From: a virus
IMG/VR virus record: IMGVR_UViG_3300032308_002010
Coordinates: 1-64,000 of that record
DNA length: 64,000 bases
Strand: one strand, 5' to 3'
Positions 58,582 through 64,000 of the stretch are shown piece after piece. The position numbers and the translations under genes are program-made. Under the pieces are notes generated by a model, which was not told where the DNA came from, did no database searches, and was given only the letters and a program-made list of their open reading frames with translations. The stretch's first letter is position 1; the number at the start of each line of letters is the position of its first letter.

Positions 58582-59922
58582 TCAACGATTCACGAGTTCA
58601 AGAACGTGCTGCTTCATCATGTCCCGCAGCTGGCGCGAACGCTTTGTGCGAGCCTCTTTGACTTGAAACCGGCCAGCACGCTTAAAGTTTACAACAGCGC
58701 GGCCGATGGCGTCTAAATCTTTAGCAGCAGCCATCTTCGGCTCTTCCATCGGCGGCATACCCGCGTCGGGCGCAGCGCCGGCTTCGGGCGGCATGCCGCC
58801 TTCTGCGCTAGCACCGCCACCGGCCCCGGACAGAGCTTGCAGCAACGCTTCCGGCGGAATGCCAAGTTCTTCAAGCGCCATGGCCAGCTCTTGAACAGCT
58901 TCGTCTTCCGACGGCTCGCCGCCAACAGCTTCAGGACCCATGTCGCCACCACCTTCGGCGCCCATCATGGCGTCAAGACCGGCGGGTGCAGCGTCACCAG
59001 CAGGGGCATCGCTCATACCAGAAGCGGCGTCTTCAGGCGCAGAGTGATCTTCACCTTCGGTCGCTTCTTCGGTCGGATCGGCGGCGGCGGCCTTTGAGTT
59101 TACAAAACCGATGAAAAGGTCGGCCATTTCGTCGGCTTCGCGAATTGTGTTAGCGCACACTTCGCGAACGGACGCCTCAGCGGCTTCCTTGTTGAGCCCG
59201 AGCTGTTCAGCCAGTTCATAACCAGCCTTGAACGCAGCAGCCTTGTCGCTGCGAAGCGCGGCAAGATCCGAACCTTCGATCTTGCCGTCGTGGTCGGTGT
59301 CAAGTTTGTGCTGGTCGCCCTTCAGCTCGCCGGTCGACTCGTTTTTTTCTTCAGACTTCTCTTCGGTCTTTTTCTTTAAAAAAGCCGGCATCTCAGCCGC
59401 CTTCTCGTTGTTCAGCTTGCTCGTGCCGAAGTTGATGAGGTTGGCAAGAATGTCGTTGCCAAGGGTGCCGGCTCGTTCGCGGGCTTCCTTGAACGTAACC
59501 GAGCTGTACTTCTCACCGTCGTTGGCCTTGACCGGCGACGACGTGCCCGGATCATCCTTATCGCCCTTGAAATCTTTTTCGTTGGACGGATCTTCGCCAG
59601 TCGCCTTGGCCGAGACGCCGATGTTTGTCTGAACTTCGTCTTGACGACCTTCTTGCGACATCTCAGGTGTGTTGTCTACAGCGAGCGCACCCTGCTGCTT
59701 TTTGATATCAGCTTCGTACTCGCTGGCGCGCGCGCCTGTGCTGGCGTTCTGCACGCCATTGTCCGCGCTGGTCGTCGGATGCGAGGAGGCACCTTGGTAG
59801 CCACCCGGATCGGAGGGCACCGGGCCGGCGGACTTTTCAGCCGCAGTCTTAACGGGGCTCTGCGCAATCTCCGCGGCAAGAGCATTAAGTTGATCAAACA
59901 GTGAACGTTGCATCCGTGCCAT
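58582..59922 (-). CDS. scaffolding/internal head protein (acidic, low complexity)
   Basis: Disordered acidic sequence between the protease and capsid genes; multiple KxA motifs. Confidence 0.65.
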   Translation of the reverse strand: MARMQRSLFDQLNALAAEIAQSPVKTAAEKSAGPVPSDPGGYQGASSHPTTSADNGVQNASTGARASEYEADIKKQQGALAVDNTPEMSQEGRQDEVQTNIGVSAKATGEDPSNEKDFKGDKDDPGTSSPVKANDGEKYSSVTFKEARERAGTLGNDILANLINFGTSKLNNEKAAEMPAFLKKKTEEKSEEKNESTGELKGDQHKLDTDHDGKIEGSDLAALRSDKAAAFKAGYELAEQLGLNKEAAEASVREVCANTIREADEMADLFIGFVNSKAAAADPTEEATEGEDHSAPEDAASGMSDAPAGDAAPAGLDAMMGAEGGGDMGPEAVGGEPSEDEAVQELAMALEELGIPPEALLQALSGAGGGASAEGGMPPEAGAAPDAGMPPMEEPKMAAAKDLDAIGRAVVNFKRAGRFQVKEARTKRSRQLRDMMKQHVLELVNR

Positions 59923-59965
59923 GACTTTCTCCTTTGGGGTCTAACCGTTTCCGATTAGCTTCCGT

Positions 59966-61423
59966 TCATGTGACATAATTTTGCATTACACAGTGGTTTG
60001 CTGTCAACCAATTGTTTCCGTATTTCTCGCAGATGGCGGCGTAAGCAGCGATCTTATACAACGCGTAATGTTGCGCAAGAGCTGTTTCTGCTTTTCCACT
60101 CGCTTGCTTGTCAGACGGAAACTCAATTGCCCGGGCGTTACGAAGCGCGGCTAAATAGGCGCGCTTTTCAACACTGACGGGTAATACGCTATGTGTGTGT
60201 GCTACCTTTTCAGCCCACACGCGCACGTTTTGCGGCGCCGAGTCGGCTGGAAAGTATACGTTGTTTTCAAGCAGCGCAACCACATCACTGTCGTTGGCTA
60301 ACTTTGAAAACACATTAGGCAGCGCATACGCAACTGCACTAACAAGTGTGGCGTTAGCTGACTTAACTGTCAACGCTAAAAAATCTCGCGGGGGCAAGAT
60401 TACGCCAGCGTCGGCTAGTCCGCGTAACACCTCAGCCATTTTAACAGATGGCGCGCCATTTGTATCAATAGCCGGTTGTACTTCGTCGGAACTTGCGAGC
60501 GCGGTCTGGGCCCAATTACCGCCAGCGCCTGCATCCTTCTCCGCCTGCGCTAGCTGGGTTAACGCTTCTAACTGCAGCTGAACCCGGGTAGCGGGAGTAC
60601 GCCCAAGGTCAAAGCCAAGCGGCGCGGTAATACCGAGCTGTTCAGCGAGTTCAGCCCCGGAAACGCAACTGTTTGAGGCGGCTTTTTGCAACTGACCCGA
60701 CACGTAAGCAATGCGGTCTGCCGGGCGAAATACATGGCTGATATCAAAAAACGTTGGGTTCGGGTTGTCGGCGTGAAGAACGTGGCCGTCTTCTAGCACC
60801 CGCCCCATGTTGTGTTTTAACCCGCCCGCCTTACAATGACCGCCGCCCTCGATTGAGTCGCAATATTCGGCGCGGGTCTTGGCCGTATTGCCGCAAGACG
60901 AACACTTATCAAACGGAATTTTACAGGCCATCGACACAGCAATTTCTTTGTCGTTAGCTAGCTTTTCGAGTTCCTTGTCGGCAATCAAGCCGCCGTTTCG
61001 GTCGGCCGCTTCTTTAGAACCGTTAAGCGCCACGACTAACTCGATACGCTTCATGGGTTCGTGATATGCGCTGGCTTTCACAATTCCGAAAGACTTAGCC
61101 GGGTTTTTATTGGCGTGGTCGCGATAGAAACGAGCAAATTTTTCGAATGTCTGGTGGTAATTACGGCAGCAGTCGCGGGTGAATCCGTCGCCGTTGCGGT
61201 TCGGGCCGTAGTCCTCTGTGGCACCAATTGCGATCATGTGGACCGGCACTTCGTCTTTAGCAAACTTGATGTTTTCAAGCTTGTGCGCAAACTCAGCGCC
61301 AGCGCGCTTTACAAGTTCTTGTTTGTCTGCGCCAATAATGCCGCGGCTAGATACTTTGATCAGCGCAGCAACAGGCTCGCTAAAGTCTTGGGAGTGCGGT
61401 TGAATAACCTTGATCATGCTCAT
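59966..61423 (-). CDS. prohead (capsid maturation) protease with Zn ribbon
   Basis: NRNGDGF, R.H.N, VSMAC..PFD.CS.CGN...C, N....FFDIS.V.RPAD..A motifs of large-phage prohead proteases. Confidence 0.85.
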   Translation of the reverse strand: MSMIKVIQPHSQDFSEPVAALIKVSSRGIIGADKQELVKRAGAEFAHKLENIKFAKDEVPVHMIAIGATEDYGPNRNGDGFTRDCCRNYHQTFEKFARFYRDHANKNPAKSFGIVKASAYHEPMKRIELVVALNGSKEAADRNGGLIADKELEKLANDKEIAVSMACKIPFDKCSSCGNTAKTRAEYCDSIEGGGHCKAGGLKHNMGRVLEDGHVLHADNPNPTFFDISHVFRPADRIAYVSGQLQKAASNSCVSGAELAEQLGITAPLGFDLGRTPATRVQLQLEALTQLAQAEKDAGAGGNWAQTALASSDEVQPAIDTNGAPSVKMAEVLRGLADAGVILPPRDFLALTVKSANATLVSAVAYALPNVFSKLANDSDVVALLENNVYFPADSAPQNVRVWAEKVAHTHSVLPVSVEKRAYLAALRNARAIEFPSDKQASGKAETALAQHYALYKIAAYAAICEKYGNNWLTANHCVMQNYVT

Positions 61424-61425
61424 GT

Positions 61426-62382
61426 TTACTCTCCCGCGGACGAGCCGCCCAAGCTGTTAAGAAGCGCCGGTACACTAAGCGCGCCGAGAACCGGGAGCCC
61501 AATGCCGGCGAGACGACCACCAACACGCGGCATCTTGCGCAGAGCTTGTTGAAGCTGCGCCGTCGTTAACCGCCGGCCAGCGTTACCGACGCCAGAAGAA
61601 GGCTCAGATGCGATTGCAGCCAGAACGCTGGCCGCGTCGTCTGCGTTGCGCCCAAGAATACCGCCAAAAAAGTTGCCTCGGGCAGTGCCACGAGCCGAGT
61701 TAACGCGCCCTGCAACACTGGCTGGCGTGCGCATACCAGCTTCTTCCAGTGGTAGGCTTACGTCGCGCGGAACACGATCTGCGCCAAAAATACCGCTCCA
61801 CGTATTGTTTTGAGCAAATGGCATGTTACGCAAATGGCGCGTTAAATTGTCAGTAATCCTCGACGGCCCGCTGTTTGCGCGCAGCTGTTCAATCGTTGGT
61901 TTTATCTGTTTAGCCGCCTCATCGCCGGAGGCTAAAAACCTGTCTAGCTTGCCGTAGGCGTCAATCGAGTTAGCAACCTGTCGGCCGCCGTAGCCGCCAA
62001 CACCCGCGGCCGCCAGATTGAGCAGCGCGCCGCCAGAAGAGCCGTCTTGGCCCTTGGCGGCGGCAATTGCCGGCGGCGGATCAGTCTTGGTCAACAGCAT
62101 GTTTTTTGCCGCCGTAGCGCCGAGACCGCCGATGCCGCCCATTAACGCATAATCGAGCATGGCGCGCCGTTTTTTCTTTCCCTGCAGCGCGCCAATTAAA
62201 CCACCAGCGCCAGCACCCAGCGCGGCGTTCTGCAGATACGGGTTACCCAGAATTTGCGACAAGTCGGCCTGCTTGCCTAGCGCTTCGGTTACTGCCGCAA
62301 CTTTTTCAATTGCGGGGTCTGGCATGCGCGTAGCAATCGCCGACAAACCGCGCGCAAGTTCTTGAATGTCTGTTGTTTTCAT
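61426..62382 (-). CDS. glycine-zipper protein, candidate internal/ejection protein
   Basis: Several GxxxG hydrophobic helices; KVAA and KQAD at the N-terminus. Confidence 0.55.
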   Translation of the reverse strand: MKTTDIQELARGLSAIATRMPDPAIEKVAAVTEALGKQADLSQILGNPYLQNAALGAGAGGLIGALQGKKKRRAMLDYALMGGIGGLGATAAKNMLLTKTDPPPAIAAAKGQDGSSGGALLNLAAAGVGGYGGRQVANSIDAYGKLDRFLASGDEAAKQIKPTIEQLRANSGPSRITDNLTRHLRNMPFAQNNTWSGIFGADRVPRDVSLPLEEAGMRTPASVAGRVNSARGTARGNFFGGILGRNADDAASVLAAIASEPSSGVGNAGRRLTTAQLQQALRKMPRVGGRLAGIGLPVLGALSVPALLNSLGGSSAGE

Positions 62383-62384
62383 AA

Positions 62385-63758
62385 TTACAGTAACTCGCGG
62401 GCCTTCTGCTGCGCTTCGAGATTACTCTTCAAACTCTCAGCGCGGATCTTCTCCATTTCAATCAGCTGTTTGATATCAAAATCAGCGAGCTGCCCGGCTT
62501 CTAGCCGTTTGCGCAAAAGAGCCTGCATAGCTGCACCTGAACCAGTAAAATTAGGCGCAATTTCGGCAATTTGGTTATAAGCAGAAGCCACCTCGTACGG
62601 GTCGTAACCGGAGATAACCGGATCGTTCAGAATAAGGTCGTTAAGCACACCACGAGATTTAATCTGCTGCAGTTTGTTTTCGTGTTCTGCGTCGGACATC
62701 TGCGCAAACGCTTTTTGCTTTTGCTTAATCGGATCTGTTGAGCGCTCCTCGTTGGCGCCCAGCTCGTTGGTAAGACCGGATGGGCTCATAAGCTTACCGA
62801 GATGACCCATTGTGCCGCTATAAGATGTCAGGGGCGGCGTTGTGTCTTGTTTTTTTTTAACAGCTGCCACTTTAAGCGCGAGTGGCGCAGTTTTTTCGTC
62901 GTGAAGAATCGAGCCGGTAATCGGCGTGGGCGCAACCTTTGGCGACACTGCCGGTTGATTTAACGCAGCTAATTTACTGGCTGCGTTGTTATGTAGCTCT
63001 ACCGCTTTTATCACGTTTTCAACAAGCGTCACAACCGGAAGCGAACCAAAAAAGTTTTCGTTTTTGGCGGCCTGTTTTGCGAAGTGCGGGTATACGGCTG
63101 CAATCTTGTTTAAAGTCGACACGCCGATATTGCCGAGGCGCAAGCCAACTTCGCGCACAGCGTCAGGAAACGACATGTTGCCGGGAACGCGGAAATACTG
63201 CGCTAGCTCTTCCATTGCAGCAGCGGCTTTGTAGTGCGAAATAGTAGCAAGCCTGCGCGTTTCGTCGGCGGCGTGCTGCGCGGCTTGCTTTTCGCTGTGG
63301 GCGCGACGGGCGGCGGAATGATCGTCACGGGGAGCAGGTACGTATGTCGGGGCCGGGAGCACGCTCTTCGCTGCGGCTGCTTTATTCAGGGTCGCGTTAC
63401 GCCGGGCGATAAAGCCAGTCGGCGCTACGGCATACTCTGTTGAGATGACGCTGTTGTTTGTTAATTCAGCTGACGTTTTAACGTGCTTAGGATACAGCGC
63501 GTCCATAACAACATTTACGTCAGCAAGTTGAAAGTCTGCCGCTTTCTCCAACGTGTTTGCGCCGAGTTCGCGCTGCTTGTTGGTACGACCGGTGTTGTAC
63601 GCATGCACCATGAGGTTAATATGCCCGGCCGGAATACTCGCGTCGCTTGCGCTTTTAATAATCGCGTTGTTTGGAGTGGCGCCTTCGTTGACTAACGTGG
63701 CCGCGCGCTCAATTGCGCTCAGCAATTTTTGCTCAGCTTCTTTACTTAATGCCCGCAT
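62385..63758 (-). CDS. head-module protein (KxA-motif rich)
   Basis: 457-aa helical ORF; KSAS, KAAA, KQAA, KIAA, KLAA, KVAA. Confidence 0.65.
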   Translation of the reverse strand: MRALSKEAEQKLLSAIERAATLVNEGATPNNAIIKSASDASIPAGHINLMVHAYNTGRTNKQRELGANTLEKAADFQLADVNVVMDALYPKHVKTSAELTNNSVISTEYAVAPTGFIARRNATLNKAAAAKSVLPAPTYVPAPRDDHSAARRAHSEKQAAQHAADETRRLATISHYKAAAAMEELAQYFRVPGNMSFPDAVREVGLRLGNIGVSTLNKIAAVYPHFAKQAAKNENFFGSLPVVTLVENVIKAVELHNNAASKLAALNQPAVSPKVAPTPITGSILHDEKTAPLALKVAAVKKKQDTTPPLTSYSGTMGHLGKLMSPSGLTNELGANEERSTDPIKQKQKAFAQMSDAEHENKLQQIKSRGVLNDLILNDPVISGYDPYEVASAYNQIAEIAPNFTGSGAAMQALLRKRLEAGQLADFDIKQLIEMEKIRAESLKSNLEAQQKARELL

Positions 63759-64000
63759 CGGTTTTCTCCGGGTAGTGCAGTTCTTGGATCAGACCTTGAT
63801 TCTGTAAAGAACCGCCAGCCGCAATAATCATCATTTCGTCGTTACGTAACTCTGCAGCGCCGTCATCAAAGGGTAACATTTTTATGGCTGCGGAATCCAG
63901 TTTTGTTCCTACCTTAAACGGCAGAGTGGCCAACATTGCGCCAATATTTTCGACAATTGTGGCCTGCGATTTCGTGGCGTTGTCGCTGTTTTTCTCGATC
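63742..64000 (-). CDS. hypothetical protein, 3' part only
   Basis: Frame is open from the window end (IEKNSDNATKSQATIVENIGAML...) to the stop at 63742. Confidence 0.55.
   Translation of the reverse strand, partial: IEKNSDNATKSQATIVENIGAMLATLPFKVGTKLDSAAIKMLPFDDGAAELRNDEMMIIAAGGSLQNQGLIQELHYPEKTDAGIK

Overview
The whole window reads as part of a large contractile-tailed (myovirus-type) dsDNA phage genome. Almost all genes are on the minus strand. From about 14.9 to 64 kb there is a near-complete morphogenesis region: head genes (Zn-ribbon prohead protease, scaffold-like proteins, decoration-like protein, putative HK97-fold major capsid), neck proteins, a 1078-aa tail sheath, tube, spike, chaperones, tape measure, hub, an embedded sigma-70-family factor, baseplate wedge and J. 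These are followed by an elaborate Cys-rich fibre/adhesin cluster: five tandem paralogs, a 1598-aa protein with ~60-aa 4-Cys repeats plus collagen, a second collagen, and Ig-like and FN3 proteins. The first ~14.7 kb holds the large terminase, a primase-like protein and accessory genes: a partial dATP/dGTP diphosphohydrolase, GNAT, tRNA-Thr(UGU), a pyrimidine-dimer glycosylase-like protein, a poly-acidic protein, CsrA and a SET domain. No portal, integrase or lysin was recognised. The most notable signals are: (1) a phage CsrA together with CANGGANG hexaloop (CsrA/Rsm-type) sites on the ribosome-binding sites of capsid, neck, sheath and tail genes; (2) a K-x-A-(A/S) motif shared by head-module proteins and one distant gene, a candidate maturation-protease recognition code; (3) the Cys-rich repeat/collagen/paralog fibre system; (4) a 77-nt intergenic hairpin with G-U pairs specific to the minus strand. 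All family assignments come from motif recognition by eye; no database search was run. Several start codons were moved from the ORF track using SD and overlap evidence.
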